Positions 13,700-24,564 of a DNA stretch of 64,000 nt are shown piece by piece. Under the pieces are notes generated by a model. It worked only from the letters and a program-made list of their open reading frames with translations, was not told where the DNA came from and did no database searches. Each line of letters starts with the position of its first letter. Within the stretch, counting starts at the first letter, position 1. This DNA comes from the human T2T-CHM13v2.0 reference genome, Homo sapiens. The stretch is taken from the NCBI RefSeq assembly GCF_009914755.1, contig NC_060927.1; one strand, 5' to 3'. Both the position numbers and the translations under genes were made by a program.

Positions 13700-14270
13700 A
13701 TTGGCAACTAAAAATGAAACAGATATGGAATATGGCTCCAGGTTGGAGTTATACTTTAATATCATTGGTAGGAGATACATGCGAATAACTATACATTTCA
13801 GGTAGCTCTTGTGACTAGTTACAGTGAATAAGCACATAATGAAGTACTGTTGTCCATAGAGAACACCACGTTACATAATGAATAAAAACAGTGCAAAAGA
13901 AGAGTGATTGGGTGGTTTTTTAAATTGGGCAGAGGGAAAGTTCTAAGGAGGTGACTTTCACAAGAGAGAGCCAGCCATGGATATCAAAAGAAGATCATTC
14001 AGGGCAAAATGAGTAGAAAGGATCTTGGCACATTTGAGAACCTGAAAAAGTTCTAAAGCCTAGTGAACCAGGACAATGAAAGACTAATAAGGGTTCAGAG
14101 AGACAGAGAGGGGGAAAGCACATGGGTTTTATTTGCCAAGATAGAGAATTTGGATCTTAACCTAAGTGTGACTGAAAACTACTGAAAGTGTTTAAGCAGA
14201 GAAGTGAGATGATCATTTGGTTTACATTTGTAACAGTTAATATAGCTGCTGTGTTGAGAACGGATTGTAC
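13700..14270 (-). mobile_element. L2 fragment
   Basis: Purine-rich L2 motifs: aggaggtgacttt, agaatttggatcttaacctaagtg, tttaagcagagaagtgagatgatc, gctgctgtgttgagaacggattgta. Confidence 0.7.
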
Positions 14271-14954
14271 AAAGACACACATGATATTACGAAGATAAAT
14301 AGAAAGTGCAAGTAGAAGAGAGGACAGAAGAAGAGAGGACCCAGCTTTCCTTACCCTCTTTAGCCAGACTTCCCCGAAGTCCTAACAGGTACTATTAGCA
14401 TTTTGTTTGCCTACAACTAAGTCGCAGGGCCAAATGTATTTTTAAGAGATACTAGAATGTTATTTTTTTCCTTGAACAATTAACATTCTGAAAAGAAAAA
14501 AAAAATCAGGTATACTGTAACCAAGGAAGATTAAAAAATACATAATAGGAAACAATTCAGTGTTTGTCACAGAAGATATTTCAGTTTGGGAAATATGGTT
14601 TGGGGGATATAGTGATAAGTTCTAGAGCATGATACCTGGGAAACAGAATGCAACTGTATTGCCCAAATAGAAAAGAGACAATTGTGTTGACATTTAAATA
14701 CACTGATGGTTCTATATTTTAACTTATTACTAACGCTGGTCTGTGCAGCAAATTGGGGTTTTCTAGAAAATGTATTACCAACTCTGCCATATACTATATA
14801 TTTCATTTCTACTTTGTTTCTTTCTTGCAATGTCCCCACACAGTCAAAATCTGGAAACCTGAAATAGGGGCCAGTGTGTGCTGAGAAGTGACATACTGTC
14901 TACAAGAATAAAGCATTGGTTGCTGACGTTATGCAATAAAGAAGTAAGGATAAT

Positions 14955-15045
14955 ATATTTGGACACTAGGCAATTGAATTCCAATCAAGGTTGTCACTAA
15001 TAGCTGTGTGACTATTAACATGTGCTTTATCTCTCTGAGCTTCAG
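14955..15045 (+). mobile_element. MIR core fragment
   Basis: tcactaatagctgtgtgact...tctctctgagcttcag resembles the MIR core. Confidence 0.6.
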
Positions 15046-18000
15046 CTAAATCAAATCTACCACAGAGTGCTTGTTCTTGGAATTGGTGCATTTCAGACCA
15101 CACTAGGATGGGGATAAGAAGGTGGATAAAAAGGAGAACAATAAGAAAGGTGAATTCTAATCCTCCTGTTCAGTGGCAACTAGGCAATTACATTTTCATT
15201 GCTCTTATGTGATGGAAACAATGATGTTTTCATTCAAGTAAAAAATTTAACAGCATCAATTTACAAGTCCCTTTGAGCACAACATTCTATGATCCTATGG
15301 CTTTTCAATAGGTACTTACATTGTCAAGTGTGTGTCTAATTGTGAGACAAGAATATGGCCCAGCAAGTTCCATCACTGGGGGGCAGATATGTAGTAACTA
15401 TACAGAAATAGCAAAAACTAAAAGATGATGTAAATAAAACACCCACACTTATAAGATTTTTATAACTGAAGAACATTATGATAATGAAATTTTTTTTTTT
15501 ACCAACCGAAAGCATTTTTTGATCCAAATCTCATTTTATGTTTAATTATTTCAAAAACAATTTGCATTTAAAATATATTATTTTATTAGATATCAAAGCA
15601 TATGTGAACTTCACAAGTACTAGATATTTTTATTTCAAAAATTAACTGATTAACTTTATTGTTAAGAATGCATCCTATTTAATATAAATTGTATTTCCTT
15701 AAACACTGAAACATATATGATTCTCATGCAAACGCCGAGAAAATTGTAGGGACTATTAAGTCTTTTTACTTTACATTTTAAGATCTTTCTGTTTTGCATA
15801 AACTGAATTTATAAGTGGTGATAATCTGGTAAACAACAGAATACAGACTCAGTAAAAAGTCTAAGCAGGTTTTGGGTCCAGCTGGTTTTCTTAAATTTTT
15901 TGTGATACAACATAACATAGAGCCATCTAAATTCACACTTCAGGTAAAAAAATATAAGTTTGAGGATGTTCGAGAGAATTAATTTTCCTACCAAATCACA
16001 AAATGCAATACCCTCACCAAATAATACTGGCGCTAGAGAACAAGGGTGATTACAAGTGTCAAAGTATTACATATGCCAGCTAACTCCTAGTATTGCTTTT
16101 TGTTTGGTAGTAAAGAAAACAAAAAATACTGAAGGCATTTTTAAATTCCCTTCTACACTTCACCACACTTGCATAATTCTTATTCAGGGTCTTAAATGAA
16201 GAGCAAACAATAATTAAGGAAGAAGTACTTTATATAGTAAAGAGATAAAATGTTGAATTATAGTCTGATAGTACTGGCAGAAGCACTAAAAACTGCTTTT
16301 CTGTTGGGACTGATATTTAGTGTGATTTCAACATTTTATTGAGTATCTAATATGTGTAAGGTATTAGCTGATGTGATTTATATATGTTGTTATTAAAGGA
16401 AATAACAATTATTTGGTTATTAAAGGAAATAACCAAAACAACCAGATGATTCAGGAATTTCATATAACTAAATATACCATGTGCCTTTATGTTCCAAACA
16501 TCAAACCAGATATTTCCAGTAAGAAAATTTTCATACACTATCTTCTTTTTTTCAGTGACCAAGAATATACAAATGTCTTAAATAGATCTACGGAAAGATG
16601 AATAAATTTTAACATTTATAAAACTTCTAATGGTAAACACAGTTCCAGATTTTATCTTATAAAGTATTTTCATATCCTTGATTTCACACAATAATTACAA
16701 GATTGTGGTAAAAAAATGCAGTACCATTATATGCATTTTAATATGAATAGTCTGAGACTGGATAATTCATGAGATGCCCAAATTTACACTCAAGATGACA
16801 GGTATTTCTGGAGCAGGTCCTCTAACTCCAGTTGCAGTACTTATTCCACCACACGGCATCTACAAATTGTAGTAGAAATGTCTGCATTTCAGGTGATGCT
16901 CAATGAGATACTCTTGGAAAATAATTCACATTGTTATATAACTACTTCCTCTTAAAAATGTATTTTTTCCCTTGCTTTGTCTCTCTCTCTCTCTCTCTCT
17001 CTCCCTTCCTCTCTGTCTTCTTTTGCATTATGCTGTTGGCTGAGATGAGACGTCTCCATATCCACGGAAACATGGAAGCCATCCTGAAAAAAACAACCAC
17101 CATATACTACTCTGTTAAAGGCTACCACATCTTTTAGAAAAACAAAATAAAATAGACATTGTAACTAAAACTTACCAAACAAAACAAGGATGTGAGTACA
17201 TAGACTAGTAAATGAATCCAACTATTTCATTCACTTAATAATCACAATTAGTAATTTCTCCTAAGTCAAATCCTTCAGTTATCATTATAAACTGTTATTA
17301 TAATTATACTACATGTTATAACATATATTAAAAATATTTAAATATATATTAAACATGCTAATCTCAAAAATTAATTTTGCTGAAAATTTAGAAATTTTTG
17401 AATTACTATTTATATTTCATTTTTCAAAAGGATTAATAAATATTAAATGCATAGGCATTTGGGGTATATTTTATTGATAACTTTGAATAAAAGCACTTTT
17501 ACTTATCTAAATGTTAAAAACAACTTTAGAAGGTTATTAATAATATAATACATGTAGAGTTAAATAAATATAAATGAATATTATGAATATTATATATTTT
17601 ATTAATCAAGTTTTTACTGAGTATATGTTTTTAAAGAGTTGCATTGCATTTATTAATTTTAATAATTCCAGTCACTGATTCATAAATAGTCAATGATCCA
17701 TTGAAATATATTCTAGAGAGATTTTATTGGCATATTAGGACAATGTATGCATTTCACAAAGTGTTTCTATATATACTAACATATATATCTTAAGTAGCAT
17801 AATAAATAATCTAAAACATTATCACTTGTAAAAATATATATGTGGGAGCTAGACTATCAGAGTCTTATACCTTACTCTACCACAAATACCAATGTGGATT
17901 TAAGTATGCTCTTAGTGTGTCAGCATTTAGTTATTTTTTTCCAAAATGGAAAATTATAGCAGATTATTTAAAATGTTCTACACTATTCTGTGATTCTAAG

Positions 18001-19048
18001 AAGCAATTCCTTATGGAGGTCCACATGGAAGCTGAATTTACATTAAAAACTCACTACAGAATGATAGGCCTTCATGACGCATGGCAAAACTTTGAGTATT
18101 TTACCATCTACATACTAATCTAATTGCTCAATTGCTCTGTTCTTTATGGTACATTACTAGAATCCATCATCCTTACTAAAAATTAATTTAGGAATTATAT
18201 TGATATGCCATTTAAAAAATTATCAAAACCTCTACTTGAGAGCAAGATAGATACATAAACATTTAATATTCATTTTTTTCTGGCACTTATAGTAAAAATG
18301 TTTCTGTATTAGGAAAAAATAGTTTTTATAAGACTATATGGAAATAAATAATAAAAAATATTGTTATAACACTTCAATAAGTATAAAATATCTCTATATG
18401 CATCTGCAAAATCTAACCCAGATAAATGGTACTTATTTACAATTTTATGAAATCCTCCTCTGTGCTTTACAGTGAAAACTTACCTTTGAATCATATATTA
18501 CCAAAGTGTGCAATTATTTTAAAGTACATCTGCGCTTCAAATATTTTCATATTTTTCAATTTATCTAAATAATATATACAGAAAAATGAGGGATTTAAAA
18601 ATAATTTTTATAATTTCAAATAAAATGTTAGATGTTTCATCAACTGAAATAAATACTAATGAAAATACTTTCTATTTTATCTCACTTCTGACATTTAGAC
18701 AATAAAAAGGTATTAAGAAAACTGGATAATGGTATAGAAATTCATTTCTATACCTATTTTAAATTTAGCTTGTTAGAAATAACAACATATGGCCAGCAGC
18801 TCAAAAACGTTATTTTCCAATTTTCCTTTAAATGCATATGTGAACGTTTGAAAGGCAAATACTCATAGTTCTAAAAACCAAAGCCTTGTTTCTATCACTT
18901 AAACACTCTGTAGGATTTTGATACAATTGTATGAAATGTAAAATTGTTTAAATTCACATACTAGGTTGGTTTCATAGAGCAGGACTGACAACCTCAAAGA
19001 TGGTAGGAAGACCCTTTATCCTTCCCATGTCATGTTTGGTTTGGTTAT

Positions 19049-19587
19049 TATGATAGTTAATATTAGGTATCAACTTGTCTGGATTGAGGGATGTCTAAAT
19101 GCCTGGTAAAGTATTGTTTCTGGGTGTGTCTGTGAGGGTGTTGCTAAAGGAGACTGACTGAGTCAGCAAACTGGGAGAGGAAGACCTACACTCAATGTGT
19201 GTGGACACATTCCAACTGACTACCAGCACAGCTGGAAAATATCAGGCGAAAGAAGAGGGATAAGCTTACTTGCTGGGTTTTCTGGCTCTCTCTTTCTTCC
19301 CTTGTTGGATGCTTGCTTCCTCTTCTCCTGCCCTTGAACATCGGACTTCAGGTCATTTGGCCTTTGAACCCTGTGACTTGCATCAGTGCCTTCCTGGAGC
19401 TCTCGGGCCTCTGGCCACAGACTGAAGGCTGCACTGTCAGCTTCCCTGGTTTTGAGGCTTTCTGACTTGGTCTGAGCCAGTACCAGCTTCTCTCTTTCCC
19501 CAGCCTATTTTGGGTCTTTGTCATGTAATTATGTGAGCCAATCCTCCCTAATAAACTGGTTTTGTCTCTGTGAAGAACCCTAACACA
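19049..19587 (+). mobile_element. MLT2 (HERV-L) solo LTR, MLT2B-like
   Basis: tatgatagttaatattaggtatcaactt...tttctgggtgtgtctgtgagggtgttg...gaaggctgcactgtcagcttccct; AATAAA at 19550-19555; ends gaaccctaacaca. Confidence 0.9.
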
Positions 19588-19772
19588 GTTTGCTAGTAGT
19601 GATAAATGTGGGTAACAGTTGTTCAGAAGTGCAAGATCTTTATCAATCAGAAAACAACTACATTTCCCTTTTCTTCCCAATATTTTCCAAAAAAAATCTG
19701 GGTATTCTGCTATATGCAGGTTTCAACATGAGTCATGAATATAGGAGAAGGCAAAAAGTTGTCTAAGAATAG

Positions 19773-21334
19773 TGTGTCCAGAATTGGTGGTTTCTAGGTT
19801 TCACTGACTTCAAGAATGAAGCCGCGGACACTTGCAGTGAGTGTTACAGTTCTTAAAGAGGGTGTGTCTGGAGTTTGTTCCTTCTGATGTTCGGATGTGT
19901 TCAGAGTTTCTTCCTTCTGGTGGGTTCGTGATCTTGCTGGCTTCAGGAGTGAAGCTGCAGACCTTTGTGGTGAGTGTTACAGCTCTCAAGGCGGCAGGCC
20001 TGCAGGTGTTCATTCCTCCTGTCTGGAGTTGTTTATTACTCCTGGTGGGTTTGTGGTCTCGCTGGCCTCAGGAGTGAAGCTGCGGACCTTTGTGGTGAAT
20101 GTTACAGCTCATGAAGGCAGTGCGGACCCAAAGAGTGAGCAGCAGGAAGATTTATTGCAAAGAGCGAAAGAACAAAGCTTCCATAGGGTGGAAGGGGACC
20201 CGGGTTGCTGCTGGTGACTCAGGCAGCCTGCTTTTATTCCCTTATCTGACCTCACCCACATCCTGCTCATTGGCCCATTTTACAGAGAGCTGATTGGTCC
20301 ATTTTGACAGGGTGCTGATTGGTGCGTTTACAATCCCTGAGCTAGACACAGAGTGCTGATTGGTGCATTTACAATCCTCTAGCTAGACATAAAAGTGCTC
20401 CAAGTCCCCACTAGATTAGCTAGACACAGAGCACTTATTGGTGCATTTACAAACCTTTAGCTAGATACAGAGTGCTGATTGGTTCATTTACAATCCCTGA
20501 GCTACACACAGAGTGCTGATTGGTGCATTTACAATCCTCTAGCTAGACACAAAAGTTCTCCAAGTCCCCACTAGATTAGCTAGACACAGAGCACTGATTG
20601 GTGCATTTACAAACCTTGAGCTAGACACAGGGTGCTGATGGGTGCATTTACAATCCTTTAGCTAGACATAAAAGTTCTCCAGGTCCCCATCTGACTCAGG
20701 AGCCCAGCTGGCTTTGCCTAGTGGATCCTGCTCCAGGGCCGTGGGCAGAATTGCCTGCCATTCCCAGACAGCACGCCCACACTCCTCAGCCCTTGGGCAG
20801 TCGATGGGACTGGGCGCCAGGGAGCAGGGGACAGTGCCCGTCGGGGAGGCTTGGGCCACATGGGAGCCCACAGGGGAAGCTGGGGGGCTAGGGCATGGCA
20901 GGCCGTAGGTGCCGAGCCCTGCCCAAAGGGGAGGTGGCTGAGGCCTGGTGAGAATTTGAGCATGGTGTGGGCAGGCTGGCAGTACTGGGGAACTGGGCGC
21001 ACCCTCCGCAGCTGCTGGCCCCAGTGCTAAGCCCCTCACTGCCCGGGGCTGGCAGAGATGGCTGGCCGATCTGGCAGTGGGGCCTGCCAAGCCTGCACCC
21101 AACTGGAACTTGTGCTGGCCTGCAAGCACCACATGCAGCCTGTTCCCACCCATGCCTCTCCCTTCACACCTCCCAGCAAGCAGAGGGAGGAAGCTCCGGC
21201 CTCAGCTAGCCCAGAGAGGGGCTCTCACAGTACAGCGGTGGGCTGAAGGGCTCCTCAAGCATGGCCAGAGTGGACACTGAGGCTGAGGAGGCACTGAGAG
21301 CGAGCAAGGGCTGCTAGCATGTTGTGACCTCTAA
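19773..21334 (-). mobile_element. LTR12, 3' LTR of the provirus (complete, ~1.56 kb)
   Basis: GC-rich U3, CCAAT tandem array, AATAAAAG promoter box, poly(A) signal near 20151-20156, repeated U5 units (gaagctgcagacc...gttacagctc). Confidence 0.96.
20225..20690 (-). promoter_or_regulatory. ERV9 LTR U3 enhancer/promoter array
   Basis: Eight intact CCAAT (ATTGG on +) plus one mutated copy in ~40-bp units; GATA site (cttatc on +) and AATAAAAG box near 20231-20247. NF-Y/GATA use is established for ERV9 LTRs; activity at this copy is not shown. Confidence 0.8.
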
Positions 21335-21345
21335 ATCCCCCCTCT
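21335..21345 (-). other. Polypurine tract
   Basis: AGAGGGGGGAT on the minus strand, immediately before the 3' LTR. Confidence 0.85.
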
Positions 21346-21501
21346 AAACAGGACACCCCAACTGCTGTTGGGAATTTGGCTGAAGACTGCTCTAGCTAAT
21401 TCCTGCTGGATAGGGGTGATGAAGGGGCCCTGCAGTTGTAGAGTCCTCCAGAGGGGAGCTCTCTAGGCCAGTGAAAGTTCCAGGGGACGGTCCAGGGGTC
21501 C

Positions 21502-22210
21502 TCAGTAGAAGTTGTTAGTTGAACTCATTTGGGGTTCCATTTTTAAGACCATCTGTAGCTTGATGGCCTCAATTCTAGAGGAAACAAATTTGACAAGAAG
21601 GTTAAAAATACAGGGCCCAAAGGTGAGTAACAGCAAGATGGCTGCCACGGGACCTAGAAAGGGGAGAAGCCATGTTGCCCAACTCCAGAGGTTGGTATAA
21701 GAGTTTGAAAGGCATTGTCTGATTTCAGAAGCCTTTCCTGTAAATGCCAGGTGGCATCTCATACTATCCCTGACTGGTTAGTGTAAAAATAACACTCTTC
21801 CCCTAAGAAGGTGCAGAGTCCTCCTTTCTCAGCAGTGAGGAGGTCTAGGCCTTGGTGGTTTTGGAGAGTCACTGCTGCCAAAGACTCTATTTGGGATTGT
21901 AGAATAGATTTTATTTCTTGCAAAGTGTCTGAAAAATCCTTTGAGAATGTGTGGTAGTAGGATAATGAAGTAGATAAGCTGGCTATTCCAGTTCCTATAG
22001 CAGTAGCCATTCCTAACCCTATAAGTGGGGGTATTAGTTGTATGGATCTGTGCTGATGGACTTGAGCTTTGAGGGGCACTGATAGGGTCTGATTTCCAGG
22101 GGCAATGTTAAAGACTAAGGTGCAGGTGCCGGTCCAGTTAGTGGGGAGGCAGATATAGGTTGACATTCCACATAAGAAGAATATACCTTGGCTTGGTAGA
22201 CAGAAATTTA
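21502..22210 (-). pseudogene. env: HERV9 env remnant (end of SU plus TM), disrupted
   Basis: Fusion peptide IQLIPPLIGLGMATAIGTG; immunosuppressive domain LQNHQGLDLLTAEKGGLC; CX6CC altered to CTFLGEECY; stop at 21759 plus a frameshift; TM anchor WLLPFLGPVAAILLLLTFGPCIFN in a second frame. Confidence 0.93.
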
Positions 22211-22344
22211 CCCTGGCTTTTAAAGGAATAGGGTACAGTTTTTTCTTTACTACTTGCATCTCTCTTTCTCTTTGACTTTCTGTCTCTTTCCTTTCAGCTG
22301 CCTCTGTGAGCTGCTCATACTGCTGTTCTCCCCTCTCCTCCCAT

Positions 22345-24254
22345 TTTGATGGCTTTGGCAGTGTAAGAGTTCCACCTCCTTGGGTTTTTGCATTGTGTGC
22401 AATAACTCTATAATTTCCTTGTGGTATTTAATGGGGGTTCCCCCAGAGGTTAGGAGCTCCCTTTCTTTCCATATTGCAGCATGGGCAAGTAGGATTAGAT
22501 AAGCATACTTGTTATCTGTACACAGATTTATTCTTTTTCCCTTTCTGAGTCCTAAGCCTCGGGTAAGTGCCACTAGTTCTGCTAACTGGGCACTGGTCCC
22601 TGGGGGAAAAGGCTTACTTTCAAGTATGATTACATCACTAACTATGGCATAACCTGCCCTTCATATCCCGTCCTCCACAAATGAACTTCCATCAGTATAT
22701 AGGTTAAGGTCAGGATTAGCTAAGGGGACTTCTAAGAGATCATCTCGGGCAGCATAAGTCTGGACTATAATTTGTTGGCAGTCATGCTTGATTGGTTCCC
22801 CATCCTCTGGGAGAAAAGTGGCAAGGTTGAGGGCCACACACATACATATTTGAAGCACCAGTCCCTCAAGGAGTATCTAAGTAGGAGTATCTAAGCACCT
22901 GGTATCTAAGTAGGTGGTTGTCTGATAGCCATAAACTTCCTTTGGCACCTAGTATGCCATTTACATCATGAGTAGTCCAGAGAGTGAGATCCTTTCCTTG
23001 TATTATCTTGATAGCCTCTGACACTAAGACAGCCACCACTGCAACTACCCTTAAACAGTGAGGCCAGCCTTTTGCTACTACATCAATTTCCTTACTCAGG
23101 TATGCCACTGGTCGTGAGGGTGTCCCACAAATCTGAGTAAGGACTCCAAGAGCTATCCCTGCTCTCTCTATGACATATAAAGAGAAGTTTTGTCCTGTCA
23201 GAAGGCTTAAAGCTGGAGCTTGTACTAGGGCCTGCTTTAAGGTTTTGAAGGCTGTTAATGCCTCTGGTTCCCATTCTACTAAATGAGTATTTGCCCTCTG
23301 GGTTTCCTTGATTAGAGTATAGAGGGGCCTGGCTATCTCGCTGTATCTGGGGATCCATAGTCGGCAAAAGCTGGTAATTCCAAGGAACCCCTGCAACTGT
23401 TTTAATGTCTCAGGGAGAGGATAACCCAGTATAGGCTGTATTCCTTCCTTGCTGAGGGCTCTGGTCCCTCTGGCTAAGATTAGGCCTAGATATTTGACCT
23501 GCCTTAGGCAAATCTGGGCCTTCAACATAAACACCTTGTATCCTTGATTAGCTGGACAGTTCAAGAGATCTAGAGCAGCCTGCTGGCATGAGGCTTCCAA
23601 ACTCATAGCCAAAAGTAAATCATCCACATACTGAAGGACCAGAGTTCCTGGACTTGAGAAGTGGCCTAGATTTTGGGCCAGTGCCTGATCAAACAGATGA
23701 GGGCTATTCCTAAATCCTTGGGGCAAGACCGTCCACTTAAGTTGGGACATGTGGTCTGTGGGATCCTCAAAGGCAAAGAGAAACTGGGAGTCAGAGTGCA
23801 GGGGAATACAGAAGAAGGCACCCTTGAGGTCTAGAACTGTGAACCATTTTGCTTCCTCTGGTATTTGAGAGAGCAGGGTATAGGGGTTGGGTACAACTGG
23901 ATATAGAGGAATTACTGCCTCATTGATGAGTCTAAGATCTTGCACTAGTCTCCACTGACTGTTCAGTTTTTGTACTCCTAGAATTGGGGTGTTGCAAGGA
24001 CTGCTGCATTTCCTTACTAACCCTTGAGCTTTTAAACGTTTAACGATATCCTGTAATCTTTTATGAGCTTCAGGCTTTAAGGGATATTGTGTTTGATAAG
24101 GAAAAGTGCTGGAATCTTTTAAACTGATTTGAACTAGACGGGCATTTTTTGCCCTTCCAAATTGTCCTTCCAATGCCCAGACTTCCGGGTTGATTCCCTC
24201 CTCAAGTAGGGGACAACAAATGGGTAACTTGTTTCCCATATTCATGTAGATCAT
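22345..24254 (-). pseudogene. pol: HERV9 pol: RT in one 462-aa ORF (24254-22866), frameshifted RNase H, no integrase
   Basis: WRLVQDLR, FTVLDLKGAFF, LPQGFRNSP, YVDD; RNase H motifs LYTDGSS and INLCTDNKYA, ending LLHCQSHQ. Confidence 0.95.
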
Positions 24255-24564
24255 AGCTCCAGTCCTGGCTAATATATCCCTCCCTAATAAGGGTGTGGGT
24301 CATTCAGGCATAACAAGAAAGGCATGTGAAAAGAGCAAAGTCTCCCAATTACAACTGAGGAGGTGGGAGAAATACCTGGTTATAGGCTGTCCCAGGATTT
24401 CCTGGATGGTAACAGACCTTGAGGACAGTCATCCAGGACAGGAGATTAACAGAGAAGGCCGCAACAGTGTCCAGGAGGAAGCCAATTTCCTGGACCTTAA
24501 TGGTTAAACATACCCAGGGCTCAGTGAGGGTGATGACATGTACTGGTGCTTGCCCCTGGCACCC
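24255..24564 (-). pseudogene. pro: HERV9 protease, defective
   Basis: FLLDTVAAFS (DTG changed to DTV at 24463-24471), PTPLLGRDIL; in-frame stop near 24300. Confidence 0.85.

Noticed and set aside
20280-20660. Regularly spaced repeats superficially like a CRISPR array
   Set aside because: Tandem LTR12 enhancer units without unique spacers, in primate DNA with no cas genes
19810-21280. Many overlapping ORFs in the LTR12 copies (also 27188-28422)
   Set aside because: GC-rich LTR sequence is poor in stop codons; no protein motifs
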